Source: Brevibacterium luteolum
Lineage (GTDB): Bacteria; Actinomycetota; Actinomycetes; Actinomycetales; Brevibacteriaceae
Assembly (NCBI RefSeq): GCF_013004595.1
Contig: NZ_JABEMC010000004.1
Coordinates: 248,001-282,657 of the forward strand
Direction of reading: 5' to 3'
DNA: 34,657 bases
Shown piece after piece: positions 1 through 10,235 of this stretch. Numbering within the stretch: position 1 is the stretch's first letter; each line of letters starts with the position of its first letter. The notes beneath the pieces were generated by a model that searched no databases, had not been told where the DNA came from, and worked only from the letters and a program-made list of their open reading frames with translations. The translations under genes were made by a program, and so were the position numbers.

Positions 1-304
1 CCGGGGTCATCTTGAACAGCAGGTTGTCCTTGATGATGCCGGCGTTGTTGACGAGCACAGTCGGGGCGCCGAGCTCCTCAGCGGTGCGCTGAACGGCGGC
101 GTTGGCCTGGTCCTCATCGGTGATGTCGGCACCGATGCCGATGGCCTGTCCGCCGGTTGCGCCGATGCGGGCGACGACATCGCTGCAGGCGTCTTCGCTC
201 AGGTCGACGACGGCGACCTTCATGCCGTCGGCGGCCAGCCGCTCGGCGATCGCGGCGCCGATGCCGCGGGCGCCTCCGGTGACGATGGCGGTGCGCTGGG
301 TCAT
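1..304 (-). CDS. SDR family oxidoreductase (FabG-like), runs off the left edge
   Basis: Not in the ORF track. Manual translation gives MTQRTAIVTGGARGIGAAIAERL...VLVNNAGIIKDNLLFKM, with TGxxxGIG and NNAG motifs. RBS GAAGGAG precedes ATG 304. Confidence 0.9.
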   Translation of the reverse strand, partial: MTQRTAIVTGGARGIGAAIAERLAADGMKVAVVDLSEDACSDVVARIGATGGQAIGIGADITDEDQANAAVQRTAEELGAPTVLVNNAGIIKDNLLFKMTP

Positions 305-350
305 AAGTTCTCCTTCAGGTTCGGGGTGTGTGGTCAGGTGGTTGTCCGGG

Positions 351-1556
351 TCAGGATGCGTACTTGCGCAGCTCACGGCGGGCGATGGTCATCTTGTGGA
401 CCTCATCGGCGCCGTCGACGATCCGCAGGGTGCGGGCGTGGGCGTACATCTCGGCCAGTGGGAAGTCGTCGGTGACGCCGGCTCCACCGTGGACCTGGAT
501 CGCTCGGTCGATGACGCTCAGGGCGACCTTCGGCGCTGCGACCTTGATCTCGGAGATGAGGTTGCGGGCCTCCTTGTTGCCGACCTTGTCCATCATGTCA
601 GCGGCATGCAGGGTCAGCAGGCGGGCCTGGTCGATGTCGACGCGGGATTCGGCGATCCAGTCCTGAATGTTGTCTTTGGCTGCCAGCGGCTCGCCGAAGA
701 CCACCCGTTCATGGGCGCGGCGGCACATGGATTCCAGAGCGCGTTCGGCCATGCCGATGGCGCGCATGCAATGGTGGATGCGGCCAGGACCGAGGCGGGC
801 CTGGGAGATCGCGAATCCCTCGCCTTCGCCCTTGAGCACGTCCTTGGCCTCGACGCGCACATCGGTGAAGGTCACTTCGGCGTGGCTTTCGCGGTCAAGA
901 TAGCCGAACACCGGCAGGGAGCGGACGATCTCGACACCGGGGGCGTCGGTGGGCACGACCATCATCGACTGCTGGCGGTGCTTCTCGGCGTTCGGGTCGG
1001 TCTTGCCCATGACGATGAGGACCGTGCAGTCCGGGCGGGCGCCATTGGAGGTGAACCATTTGCGGCCGTTGAGGAGGTAGCCGTCGCCGTCCTTCTCCAT
1101 GCGCATCTCGATGTTGGTGGCATCCGAGCTGGCCACAGCCGGTTCGGTCATCGCGAACCCGGAGGCGATCTCACCGTCGAGCAGCGGGCGCAGGTACTTC
1201 TCCTTGTGCTCATCGGTGCCGAAGAGCGTGAGAACCTCCATGTTGCCAGTGTCGGGGGCGTTGCAGTTCGTCGCCTCAGGCGCCAGGTTCGGTGAACGGC
1301 CCATGATCTCGGCCAGTGGGGCGTATTCGAGGTTCGTCAGGCCCGGGCCCCATTCCTCGTGCGGGTGGAAGAGGTTCCACAGTCCTCGGGATCGGGCTTC
1401 GCCCTTGAGCTCCTGGAGGATCGGCGGGACGGCATGCGGGTCATCCTGGGCTGCCATCTGCTCGCGGTAGACGGGTTCGGCTGGATAGATGTGGGAGTCC
1501 ATGAAGGACTCCAGCTTCTCGCGCAGCTCCTTGGCGCGGTCGGTCTCGTCGAACAT
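351..1556 (-). CDS. Acyl-CoA dehydrogenase, ACAD10/11 / LvaC-like subgroup
   Basis: Motifs [47 protein letters not shown]. Start moved to ATG 1556 (MFDETD) after RBS GAGAAAGG. Confidence 0.92.
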   Translation of the reverse strand: MFDETDRAKELREKLESFMDSHIYPAEPVYREQMAAQDDPHAVPPILQELKGEARSRGLWNLFHPHEEWGPGLTNLEYAPLAEIMGRSPNLAPEATNCNAPDTGNMEVLTLFGTDEHKEKYLRPLLDGEIASGFAMTEPAVASSDATNIEMRMEKDGDGYLLNGRKWFTSNGARPDCTVLIVMGKTDPNAEKHRQQSMMVVPTDAPGVEIVRSLPVFGYLDRESHAEVTFTDVRVEAKDVLKGEGEGFAISQARLGPGRIHHCMRAIGMAERALESMCRRAHERVVFGEPLAAKDNIQDWIAESRVDIDQARLLTLHAADMMDKVGNKEARNLISEIKVAAPKVALSVIDRAIQVHGGAGVTDDFPLAEMYAHARTLRIVDGADEVHKMTIARRELRKYAS

Positions 1557-1570
1557 CGCTGGCCTTTCTC

Positions 1571-2386
1571 TCAGGTGTTCTCGTGTGTGCGGGCCTCGGC
1601 TTTGAGCCGGACCTGGTAGCGGCGCATGCCGCGCAGCCATCGGTCGTAGTCGGAGCCCTTCATCTGGAACATCTCGGCGACTTCCGGGTGGGGCAGGATG
1701 AGGAACGTGCCGTCGTGGATCGCGTCCATGACGCAGGTGGCGACGTATTCGGGACTGAGCACCTCGCCGGATTCGGCGACCGAGCGGCTGGCAACGCGTT
1801 CGGCGGGGTCCTCGCTGTCGAGCCCGGCCATGAGCAGTTCGGTGCGCACGCCCATCGGGCACAGGCAGGCGACCTGGATGCCGTCATCGCCGTAGGTGAT
1901 GGACAGCCATTCGGCGAAGGCGAGCGCGGCGTGCTTGGACACCGCGTAGCCGGCCTGCCCGATCTGGGTCAGCAGGCCCGCCGCCGAGGCGGTGGAGACG
2001 AAGCAGCCTGCTCCCCTGGCCTGCCAGGTCGGGATGAGGGCCTGGGCGGCGCGGATGTGGGCGCGCAGGTTGATGTCGAGGATCGCATCCCAGTCGACAT
2101 CGGACTCGCCGAGTCCGCGTGCGCCGGCGATGCCGGCGTTGGCGACGTAGAGGTCGATCTCACCGAGTTCGGCGCGGGTGCGGTCCAGCAGTTCGGTGAT
2201 GCCGTCTTCGGATGCGCAGTCGCCCTGCCAGGCCCGGCAGCCGAGTTCGGAGGCGACCACGGAGACCGTGTCGGCGACATCGGCGAGCATGACGAAGGCC
2301 CCGCGGTCGATGAGCTGTGCGGCGATGGCTCGACCGATGCCACCGGCTCCACCGGTGACGACGGCGACTGCGCCTGAGACGTCCAT
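1571..2386 (-). CDS. SDR family oxidoreductase
   Basis: [12 protein letters not shown], catalytic S...YAVSK. Start moved to ATG 2386 after RBS GAAGGGA. Confidence 0.92.
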   Translation of the reverse strand: MDVSGAVAVVTGGAGGIGRAIAAQLIDRGAFVMLADVADTVSVVASELGCRAWQGDCASEDGITELLDRTRAELGEIDLYVANAGIAGARGLGESDVDWDAILDINLRAHIRAAQALIPTWQARGAGCFVSTASAAGLLTQIGQAGYAVSKHAALAFAEWLSITYGDDGIQVACLCPMGVRTELLMAGLDSEDPAERVASRSVAESGEVLSPEYVATCVMDAIHDGTFLILPHPEVAEMFQMKGSDYDRWLRGMRRYQVRLKAEARTHENT

Positions 2387-2420
2387 GGGTGTCCCTTCTG
2401 GAGAATTCTCCTGCGGCCTA

Positions 2421-2436
2421 TGTGATGCAGGTGACA
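2421..2436. promoter_or_regulatory. Candidate CRP/GlxR-type site
   Basis: TGTGA-TGCAGG-TGACA, one mismatch to TGTGA-N6-TCACA, in a divergent catabolic intergenic region. Confidence 0.5.
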
Positions 2437-2438
2437 TC

Positions 2439-2465
2439 TCAACTTATAGTTGACGTGAGCGTCAA
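2439..2465. promoter_or_regulatory. Two overlapping inverted repeats, candidate TetR operator(s)
   Basis: TCAACT-TAT-AGTTGA (2439-2453) and TTGACG-TGAG-CGTCAA (2450-2465) in an AT-rich divergent intergenic region; a TetR gene is in the cluster. Confidence 0.55.
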
Positions 2466-2512
2466 TTTCAAGAACTAACGAACGAACGTTTACCTCCTGG
2501 AAGGAGATCTCC

Positions 2513-4015
2513 ATGTCGCAGGTGTCGCTTCTCGCCCCGCTGCTGGAGCATGCGCGCACCCGTCCGGAGCACATCGCGGTGCGCGGCCCGCGGGCTGACC
2601 AGCGCACATCCCTGACCTACCGGCAGTTCGTCGGTGCGATCGCCGCTCGCACACGCGAGCTCCAGGCCTCCGGACTCCGACCAGGTGAGCGTGTCGGGCT
2701 CATCGCCCCGACCTGCCCGGAGTTCCTCATCGAGTTCCTCGCCGTCGAGGCCTGCGGGGCGATCACCGTGTGCTTCAATCCCCTCTCGACGGTGCCCGAA
2801 CTGGACTTCGTGCTCTCCGATTCCGGTGCCAGCCGCCTCATCATGCACCCGCTCTGCCCCAAGGCAGGCTCTGCGGCCGCAGAGGCGCTCGGCATCACCG
2901 CCGAACTGCTCACACCCGTCGACATGCACGCGCTGCCGCAGGCGAGCCCGGACTTCGCCCCGGTCACCCGGGACCCGGAGGACTGCGTGCTGCTGCTCTA
3001 CACCTCGGGCACCACCGGCCGGCCGAAGGGCGCGATGCTCTCAGCACGCACCCTACTCACCGGCGTCACCGCAGCCGAGGCGGTGGCCGGCCTGTCCCCT
3101 GCTGACCGGGCCGGCACTGCGCTGCCGCTGTTCCATGTCTTCGGGCTCGGCTCGGTGGCCTACCCGGTGCTGGCCAACGGTGCCACCATCACTCTGCTGC
3201 CGCGCTTCGATGCTGATGAGCTGCTTGAGACGATCATCGCCGATGAGCTCACGATCGTGGCAGGCGTGCCGACGATGTGGAATGCGCTCACCCACGCGAC
3301 CGCCGGTGAGGGCGTCACGACGCCGCAGCTGCGCCTGGCGCTCTCAGGCGGGGCGGCGATCTCGCTGGAGCTCATGCGCGCCTTCCACGCTCGGTTCGGC
3401 GCCTCGATCACTGAGGGCTACGGGCTGACCGAGACGTGCGCTTTCGGCACCTTCAACGCCGCCGAGGGCGAGGACAAGATCGGCTCAGTCGGTCTGCCGG
3501 CCCCGACGATGGACGTGCGGACCGTCGATCCTGCCACCGGTGAGGCGTGTGGTCCCGGGCAGACCGGGGAGGTGCGGCTGTGCGGCCCGCTCGTCATGCT
3601 CGGCTACTGGAACCGGCCTGAGGCCACCACTGAGGTCTTCGACGCCGACGGGTTCTTCTGCACCGGTGATCTCGGGCATGTCGATGAGGACGGTTATCTC
3701 TACATCGTCGACCGGCTCAAGGACCTCATCATCCACGGCGGCTACAACGTCTACCCGCGTGAGGTCGAGGAGGTTCTCTACGCCCATCCGCAGGTCTTCG
3801 AGGCCGCTGTCATCGGGGCGGCCGATGAGCACTACGGCCAGCAGGTCGCCGCTGTCGTCACCCCGATGCCCGGTACCGAGCTGACAGGTGATGAGATTGA
3901 GGCGTGGTGCCGGCAGTCGCTGTCGGCGTACAAGATCCCGCGCATCATCCGCATCGTCGACGGCCTGCCGAAGGGCCCGACGGGCAAGATCCGCAAACGC
4001 TCGATCGAACTGTGA
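2513..4015 (+). CDS. Acyl-CoA synthetase / long-chain fatty-acid-CoA ligase
   Basis: YTSGTTGRPKG, EGYGLTE, TGDLG, DRLKDLII, PKGPTGKI. RBS AAGGAG. Confidence 0.93.
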   Translation: MSQVSLLAPLLEHARTRPEHIAVRGPRADQRTSLTYRQFVGAIAARTRELQASGLRPGERVGLIAPTCPEFLIEFLAVEACGAITVCFNPLSTVPELDFVLSDSGASRLIMHPLCPKAGSAAAEALGITAELLTPVDMHALPQASPDFAPVTRDPEDCVLLLYTSGTTGRPKGAMLSARTLLTGVTAAEAVAGLSPADRAGTALPLFHVFGLGSVAYPVLANGATITLLPRFDADELLETIIADELTIVAGVPTMWNALTHATAGEGVTTPQLRLALSGGAAISLELMRAFHARFGASITEGYGLTETCAFGTFNAAEGEDKIGSVGLPAPTMDVRTVDPATGEACGPGQTGEVRLCGPLVMLGYWNRPEATTEVFDADGFFCTGDLGHVDEDGYLYIVDRLKDLIIHGGYNVYPREVEEVLYAHPQVFEAAVIGAADEHYGQQVAAVVTPMPGTELTGDEIEAWCRQSLSAYKIPRIIRIVDGLPKGPTGKIRKRSIEL

Positions 4016-4026
4016 AGGAGTGAGCG

Positions 4027-4707
4027 ATGACCATCCAGCGTCAGCCCGGTGCACCGCTGACCGAGCGCGGCCTCCGCACCCGGCAGGCCCTCATCGACGC
4101 GGCCATCGACGTGTTCTACGAGCAGGGCTACTTCTCCACCCGGCTCTCGGCGATCACCGAACGGGTCGGGTGCTCGACCGGCACGCTGTACACGTACTTC
4201 GCCAACCGGCAGGAGATCCTCGCCGCGATCATCGAGGAGTCCTATACTCCGGTGGTCGCTGCCGATCATGCGTGGGGCGACCCGGATCATGATGCAGGCA
4301 CGGGCGTTCCCGGCCCCGAGGCGCTCATCGCCAAGATCCGGAAGGCGACAGGAGTGTACGTGCGCCGGTACCGGGACAACGCCCGGGAGGTGGCGCTCAT
4401 GGACCAGGTCGCTGCGGTCGATCCGGAGATCCGGGACATCCGGCTGGCGCGCAACCGGGTGTTCTACCGGCGCAATATGCGCAGCATCGAGCAGATGCAG
4501 GCCGCCGGGCACATCCGCGCCGATCTCGATCCGGATCTGACGGCCAAGGCGCTTTCGGCGATGGTGAGCCGCACGTGCAAGTCGATCTACGTCGATGAGC
4601 CCCAGGAACGCTATTTCAGCGATGCCGGCGTCGAGGAGCTGGCCGACAAGCTCTCACAGCTGTGGGTCTCCGCCCTCGAACTCGCCCCGGACAGCACTGA
4701 GGACTGA
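4027..4707 (+). CDS. TetR/AcrR family transcriptional regulator
   Basis: N-terminal HTH (TRQALIDAA...GCSTGTLYTYFANRQEI). RBS AAGGAG overlaps the ligase stop. Confidence 0.92.
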   Translation: MTIQRQPGAPLTERGLRTRQALIDAAIDVFYEQGYFSTRLSAITERVGCSTGTLYTYFANRQEILAAIIEESYTPVVAADHAWGDPDHDAGTGVPGPEALIAKIRKATGVYVRRYRDNAREVALMDQVAAVDPEIRDIRLARNRVFYRRNMRSIEQMQAAGHIRADLDPDLTAKALSAMVSRTCKSIYVDEPQERYFSDAGVEELADKLSQLWVSALELAPDSTED

Positions 4708-4770
4708 ACACTGAACAATGAGCTCCCATGGCTCGGCGCCTCGGCACCTCGGGACCGCGGGGTCTGCCGG

Positions 4771-5406
4771 TTACGCTTCGTCGATGTCGTCGAAGCGGGA
4801 GATGTCGCCGGCGCCGATCCGGCGCACGACCGGCGAGCCGGGTGTGAAGTCGATGACCGAAGTCGGAGTGGTGCCGGGCACGCCGGAGTCGATGATGACG
4901 TCGACGTGCTTGCCGAGCGCCTCGGCGACGTCCACAGCGTGCGTCAGCGGCTCCTCGTGATCGGGCAGCAGCAGCGTTGAGGACAGGATCGGCTCACCGA
5001 CCTCTTCGACGAGGGCGAGCGGGGTGGCGTTCTGCGGAATCCGGGCACCGACCGAGTGCTTCTTCGGGTGCATCATCTTCCGCGGCACCTCCTTCGTCGC
5101 CTTCATGATGAAGGTGTAGGGCCCCGGCGTCAGGGACTTGATGGTGCGGAAGGCGTAGTTGTCGACGATGACGAACTGGCCCAGCTGTGCGAAGTCGTGG
5201 CACATGAGCGTGAAGTGGTGCTTGGAGTCGAGCTGGCGGATGCGGATGATCCGTTCAATGCCGTCCTTGTTCTCCAGCGCGCAGCCGAGCGCATAGCAGG
5301 AGTCTGTCGGGTAGGCGACTAGCCCGCCATCGGCGATGGCCTTGGCCGCCTGGCGGATGAGCCGCGGCTGCGGATTCTCAGGATGGATGTCGAGTATCTG
5401 TGCCAT
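4771..5406 (-). CDS. YciO-like protein (Sua5/YciO/YrdC family)
   Basis: IHPENPQPRLI, AYPTDSCYALGC, TPGPYTFI, SSTL. Likely leaderless: TAGACT lies 6 nt before ATG. Confidence 0.88.
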   Translation of the reverse strand: MAQILDIHPENPQPRLIRQAAKAIADGGLVAYPTDSCYALGCALENKDGIERIIRIRQLDSKHHFTLMCHDFAQLGQFVIVDNYAFRTIKSLTPGPYTFIMKATKEVPRKMMHPKKHSVGARIPQNATPLALVEEVGEPILSSTLLLPDHEEPLTHAVDVAEALGKHVDVIIDSGVPGTTPTSVIDFTPGSPVVRRIGAGDISRFDDIDEA

Positions 5407-5447
5407 TGCCCAAGTCTATCGAGCCACGCAGGCTGTGCACACCGTTC

Positions 5448-5669
5448 TCAGTCCAGTCCGGCAACCCGTCGTCTGGCCATGAGGGTGACGGCCGTGGCGG
5501 TGGCGACAGCGGCCAGTGCTGTGAGGGTCAGATGGGTGCCCTCGGGGCGCAGCTCCTCACCGGCCTGCCCGGCCAGTGCCAGGAGCACGAGGGCGGCGAG
5601 CGCGCACACGGCAACGGCGCTGACGACCCAGAGCAGAGCACTCACAATGATGCTGAGGAGGGTCTTCAC
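5448..5669 (-). CDS. Small hypothetical membrane protein (73 aa, two hydrophobic segments)
   Basis: GTG start after GGAAGG; fills the gap between two minus-strand genes; hydrophobic-loop-hydrophobic-basic tail layout. Confidence 0.55.
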   Translation of the reverse strand: MKTLLSIIVSALLWVVSAVAVCALAALVLLALAGQAGEELRPEGTHLTLTALAAVATATAVTLMARRRVAGLD

Positions 5670-5693
5670 GACTGCGCCTTCCTGCAGGGGCGG

Positions 5694-6929
5694 TCAGTCG
5701 AGGTCGATGACCGCGCGCTTCGGTGAGCGACCGGGGACTGCCGTTTCACTCATCGTCAGCCCCGGCTGGGAGTCCTCCACCGCCTCGATGTGAGACTCCT
5801 CACCTGAATTGTCCATCGACTCGCTCGGGCTGGCAAGGAGTGGCGACTCTGCCGCGCGCACATCAGAGGCGACAAGCAGGTTGATCCAGCGGGCGCGCGG
5901 ATCGGCGTCGACGAGCAGCGCCTTGACCAGCAGGGTCGCCGGCAGGGCCAGCAGCGCACCGAACCAGCCGAGCACCCACACCCAGAACAGCAGGGACAGG
6001 AACGAGATGAAGGGGGTGACGCCGACGGACTGGCCGGTGAACTTCGGCTGGATGATCGCCTGGATGACGAAGTTGAGCAGGCTGTAGGTGATGACGACCC
6101 ACAGGGCGTCCCACCATCCGCCTTCGATCAGCGCCATGATGGCCGGCGGCACCAGGCCGATGACGAAGCCGATGTTGGGGATGTAGTTGGTCAGGAACGC
6201 CAGCACACCCCACACGAGCGCCAGCGGCACGCCGATGATGAGAAGGGCGACGACGTCGAGGGCGGCGACGATGAGGCCGAAGACGGTGGCCACGACCCAG
6301 TAGCGGCGCACGCCGACAGCGAAGGTGCTCATCGCCTGCACGAAGCGCGGCTGCACGCCCGAGGCCAGGGTCATGCGCCGTGGGAAGGCCAGAGAGTCCA
6401 TGACGATGAAGAAAGTCGCCATGATCGCCGTTGTCACGAGTGTGACGACCAGTGTCGCGTTCGACAGCACCTCGCGCAGCGCGGCGGCGAGCTGGTTGAC
6501 GTCGAAGTTGGCCATCTGCTCCTTGACGAACTCGGGAGTCAGACCCAGCGATGAGCTGCCGGCGAGCAGGTCGCGGTAGAGGTTGTCGAGCTCATCGGAG
6601 TATTCGGGGATGACGAGGACGAGCTCGGCGATCGACCAGCCGGTGAGTGCGAAGAAGGCCGCCACGACGCTGAGCACCAGCAGCACGGTCACAACAGCGG
6701 CAGCGGCGGCCGGGACGCGTCGGCGGATCAGCCAGGCCTGCACCGGATAGCCGACGATCACGAGGTTGAAGGCCAGGAACACCGGGGCGATGATGAGCTG
6801 GAGGTCCTTGATGAATCCGACGGCGAAGAACAGCCCGGCCAAGCCGAGGACGATGATCGTGAACCGCGGCAGCGCCCACTCCCGGGGCCGGACCGCCTCA
6901 GCGGTTGCCGGCCGGCCTGCGCTGGTCAA
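5694..6929 (-). CDS. AI-2E family transporter
   Basis: Multiple TM segments; [12 protein letters not shown] and [14 protein letters not shown] motifs. TTG start overlaps the der stop. Confidence 0.88.
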   Translation of the reverse strand: MTSAGRPATAEAVRPREWALPRFTIIVLGLAGLFFAVGFIKDLQLIIAPVFLAFNLVIVGYPVQAWLIRRRVPAAAAAVVTVLLVLSVVAAFFALTGWSIAELVLVIPEYSDELDNLYRDLLAGSSSLGLTPEFVKEQMANFDVNQLAAALREVLSNATLVVTLVTTAIMATFFIVMDSLAFPRRMTLASGVQPRFVQAMSTFAVGVRRYWVVATVFGLIVAALDVVALLIIGVPLALVWGVLAFLTNYIPNIGFVIGLVPPAIMALIEGGWWDALWVVITYSLLNFVIQAIIQPKFTGQSVGVTPFISFLSLLFWVWVLGWFGALLALPATLLVKALLVDADPRARWINLLVASDVRAAESPLLASPSESMDNSGEESHIEAVEDSQPGLTMSETAVPGRSPKRAVIDLD

Positions 6930-8473
6930 CGGCCTTTCCTCTTCTCCCGGATCCGCATGCTCACATCGATCGGGGTGCCGGTGAAGCCGAAGGTCTCCCG
7001 CAGCCGCCGGATGATGAACCGGCGGTAGCTGGGATCGAGGAACCCCGTGGTGAAGAGCACGAACTTCGGCGGCCGGGAGGACGCCTGTGTGCCGAAGAGG
7101 ATGCGCGGCTGCTTCCCGCCGCGCAGCGGGTGCGGATTGGCAGCGGAGAGCTCACCGAGGAAAGCGTTGAACCGGCCGGTCGGGATGCGGGTATCCCAGC
7201 CTTCGAGAGCAGCCTCCATGGCGGGCACGAGCTTCTCAGCGTGCCGGCCGGTCTTTGCGGAGATGTTGACGCGCGGGGCCCAGGCGACATGGCCGAGATC
7301 GCGCTCGATCTCGCGTTCGAGGAAGTGGCGGCGCTCCTCATCGAGCAGGTCCCATTTGTTGAAGGCGAGCACGAGCGCACGGCCAGCGTCGAGGACGAGG
7401 CGGATGATCTTCATATCCTGATCGCTCAGCGGCTCATTGGCCTCCAGCAGCACGACGGCGACTTCGGCACGCTCGAGCGCGGTCTGGGTGCGCAGCGCTG
7501 CGTAGAAGTCAGCACCTGAGGACTGGCGGGCGCGCTTGCGGATGCCGGCGGTGTCGATGAAGCGCCACTGCTTGCCGCCGAGTTCGACGAGTTCGTCGAC
7601 CGGGTCGCGGGTGGTGCCGGCGGTGTTGTCGACGATGACGCGTTCGGTGCCGACGAGCTGGTTGAGCAGCGAGGACTTGCCGACATTCGGCCGGCCGACG
7701 AGCGCGATGCGGCGCGGGCCGCCGACCTCTTCGGTCTGCCCGGTCGCCGAGACCTCCGGCAGCATCTCCATGATCGCGTCGAGGAAGTCGGCCACTCCCC
7801 TGCCGTGCATGGCTGAGATCGGGTGCGGCTCACCCAGCCCGAGTGACCAGAGTTCGGCGGCCATGAGCTCGCCGCGTTCGTCATCGACCTTGTTCGCTGC
7901 CAGCAGCACCGGCTTGCCGGAGCGGCGCAGCATCCGCACGACGTGCTCGTCGGTGGCAGTCGGGCCGGTGGTGGCGTCGACGACGAAGACGACGCCGTCG
8001 GCCATGCGCACGGCGATCTCGGCCTGTTCGGCGATGCGGGAGGCCATGCCGCGCGAGTCGATGTCCCAGCCGCCGGTGTCGACGAGGGTGAGCGGGCGGC
8101 CGTTCCATTCGGCGTGATAGCTCACCCGGTCGCGGGTGACGCCGGGGACGTCCTCGACGACGGCCTCACGGCGGCCGAGGATCCGGTTGACCAGCGTCGA
8201 CTTGCCCACGTTGGGCCGGCCGACGATCGCAAGCACTGGGGCCGGGCCGCGTCCGCCGTCTTCGGCCTCGATGACGCCGTAGGCCTCCAGCAGCTCACGG
8301 TCCTCCTCTTCCAGTTCGTACTGGTCGAGGCCAGCGCGCAGGGAGGCGGCACGCTGTTCGGCGTCGTCGTGGTCGATCGCCTGCACGCGCTCGGGCAGCG
8401 ACTCGTCGGGGTTCTCGACGAATCCGTCGCTGGGCTGGGATCCGGGCTCCTGTGCGGAGGGTGACATGGTCAT
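6926..8473 (-). CDS. der: Ribosome biogenesis GTPase Der
   Basis: Two GTPase domains (GRPNVGKS twice, DTGG/DTAG, NKVD/NKWD) and a KH-like C-terminus; acidic N-terminal extension. Confidence 0.97.
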   Translation of the reverse strand: MTMSPSAQEPGSQPSDGFVENPDESLPERVQAIDHDDAEQRAASLRAGLDQYELEEEDRELLEAYGVIEAEDGGRGPAPVLAIVGRPNVGKSTLVNRILGRREAVVEDVPGVTRDRVSYHAEWNGRPLTLVDTGGWDIDSRGMASRIAEQAEIAVRMADGVVFVVDATTGPTATDEHVVRMLRRSGKPVLLAANKVDDERGELMAAELWSLGLGEPHPISAMHGRGVADFLDAIMEMLPEVSATGQTEEVGGPRRIALVGRPNVGKSSLLNQLVGTERVIVDNTAGTTRDPVDELVELGGKQWRFIDTAGIRKRARQSSGADFYAALRTQTALERAEVAVVLLEANEPLSDQDMKIIRLVLDAGRALVLAFNKWDLLDEERRHFLEREIERDLGHVAWAPRVNISAKTGRHAEKLVPAMEAALEGWDTRIPTGRFNAFLGELSAANPHPLRGGKQPRILFGTQASSRPPKFVLFTTGFLDPSYRRFIIRRLRETFGFTGTPIDVSMRIREKRKGR

Positions 8474-9138
8474 CAGGCCTTCTGTGCGGCGGCGACGAGT
8501 TCGAGGACTGCGCCGACCGACTGGTTGAAATCGATATGGGTGGTGTCGAGCGTGCGCACGCCGTCTGCGGCGGTGAGGAAGCTCGTCGTCTTCGAGTCCT
8601 TGGCATCGCGGCCGAGGGTGACGTCGCGGGTGGCGGCCACCGCCTCGGCGTCGGCCCTGCCGTGGGTCTCCTTGGCGCGGCGGGCGACACGGACCTCGTC
8701 ATCGGCGGTCATGAGGATGCGCACCGGGGCGTCGGGGGCGACGACGGTGGTGATGTCGCGGCCTTCGACGACGATGCCAGGTGAGGCTGCGGCGATGATC
8801 TGGCGCTGCATCTCGATGAGCTCGCTGCGCGCCTCGGGCACGGCGGAGACGACCTGCACGCTGGCCGAGACCTCCGTCGAGCGGATCTCCTCGGTCACGT
8901 CGATGCCGTCGACGGCGACGGCAGGGGCGGCCGGGTCGGTGGAGATCTCCAGGTCAGCGCCGCGGACGAGTTCGACGACGTCGCCGGGATCGGTGACGCC
9001 GCGGGTCATGCACAGCCAGCCCATCGCCCGGTACATCGCGCCGGTGTCGAGGTAGGCGTAGCCGAGCTGGGTGGCCACGGCCTTCGAGACGCTGGATTTT
9101 CCGACGCCGCTGGGGCCGTCGATGGCGATAACGGTCAT
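8473..9138 (-). CDS. cmk: Cytidylate kinase
   Basis: [29 protein letters not shown]. Start moved to ATG 9138 (ATGA overlap with the tyrA stop). Confidence 0.96.
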   Translation of the reverse strand: MTVIAIDGPSGVGKSSVSKAVATQLGYAYLDTGAMYRAMGWLCMTRGVTDPGDVVELVRGADLEISTDPAAPAVAVDGIDVTEEIRSTEVSASVQVVSAVPEARSELIEMQRQIIAAASPGIVVEGRDITTVVAPDAPVRILMTADDEVRVARRAKETHGRADAEAVAATRDVTLGRDAKDSKTTSFLTAADGVRTLDTTHIDFNQSVGAVLELVAAAQKA

Positions 9139-10235
9139 TGCTGTCCTTCGTGTTCGATGACGGCTTCGGGAACCCACCAGCCGCGGGAGGTGAGGCCCTC
9201 TTCGAGTTCGCGCTGCCGTGCCGGCACGACAGCGACTTCGACACTGCCCAGCTTAACGCCGGTGGCGTGCTCGATCCGGATGTCCTCGATGTTGATGCCG
9301 AGCTCGCCGACATCGGCGAAGAGCTTGCCGAGCATGCCGGGGGTGTCGTCGATGAGGACGGTGATCTCGGCGTACTTCTGCGGGGCCTGGCCGTGCTTGC
9401 CGGGGATCCGGTCGTAGCCGTCGTTGCCGGCGGTGATCGTCTGCGCGATCGTCGCGATCGCCCCGGGTGCCAGCTCGAGGGCGCTGATGAGGGTGTCGAG
9501 GTCTGCGCGGATGCTTTCGAGCACCTCGCGGACCTCGGCGGCGTTGCCGGCCAGGATCTGGGTCCACAGGCTGGCATCGGAGGCGGCGATGCGGGTGACG
9601 TCGCGCAGCCCCTGCCCGGCCAGGGCAACGCCGTCGGCGGGCATGTCGACAAGCTGGGCAGCCATGAGGCTGGCCATCACCTGCGGGGCATGCGAGACAC
9701 GGGCGACCGAGGAGTCGTGGAACTCCGGGTCGAGGTGGACGACGGCCGCACCGACGTCGGTGGCCAGTGCGACGATCTGGGCGAGGCGGGCAGCCGGGGT
9801 GTCGTCATCGGAGCAGACCACCCAGGGCCGGCCGACGAACAGGTCGTCGCGGGCGGCGATCGCCCCGGACTTCTCGCGGCCGGCCATCGGATGGGAGCCG
9901 ATGTAGCGGTCGAGGTCACCCGGCGCGCAGGCCGCGCGCACCTCGTGCAGCAGCACGGTCTTAACGCTGGCGACATCGGTCACGGTCGCCTCGGGGAACC
10001 GGTCGAGGGCGGTGAGGATCGTCTGTCCGGCCACGTCGGGCGGTGTGGCGACGATGACGACATCGGTCGCCTCAGGTTCGCCGACGGTGCCTGCGCCGAG
10101 GTCGGCGGCCAGCCGCTGCGCGGTCGGTGACAGGTCGGCGAGAGTCACCTCGTGTCCGGCGCCGGTGAGCGCGAGTCCGAGTGAGGTGCCGAGCAGGCCG
10201 GTGCCGATGACGTGCACACTCATCGTCTGGCTCAC
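9135..10235 (-). CDS. tyrA: Prephenate dehydrogenase with C-terminal ACT-like domain
   Basis: IGTGLLG, TDVASVK, HPMAGRE, SHAPQ, RDVTRIA; DTPGML...INIED ACT signature. Confidence 0.92.
   Translation of the reverse strand: MSQTMSVHVIGTGLLGTSLGLALTGAGHEVTLADLSPTAQRLAADLGAGTVGEPEATDVVIVATPPDVAGQTILTALDRFPEATVTDVASVKTVLLHEVRAACAPGDLDRYIGSHPMAGREKSGAIAARDDLFVGRPWVVCSDDDTPAARLAQIVALATDVGAAVVHLDPEFHDSSVARVSHAPQVMASLMAAQLVDMPADGVALAGQGLRDVTRIAASDASLWTQILAGNAAEVREVLESIRADLDTLISALELAPGAIATIAQTITAGNDGYDRIPGKHGQAPQKYAEITVLIDDTPGMLGKLFADVGELGINIEDIRIEHATGVKLGSVEVAVVPARQRELEEGLTSRGWWVPEAVIEHEGQQ

Noticed and set aside
305..365. Weak TCAGG/30-nt periodicity between the SDR and the ACAD
   Set aside because: Too short and degenerate to distinguish from chance.
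2479..2492. CGAAC-GAAC-GTTTA as a LexA box
   Set aside because: Imperfect match to TCGAAC-N4-GTTCGA, arises from an AACG run, and lies before catabolic genes.
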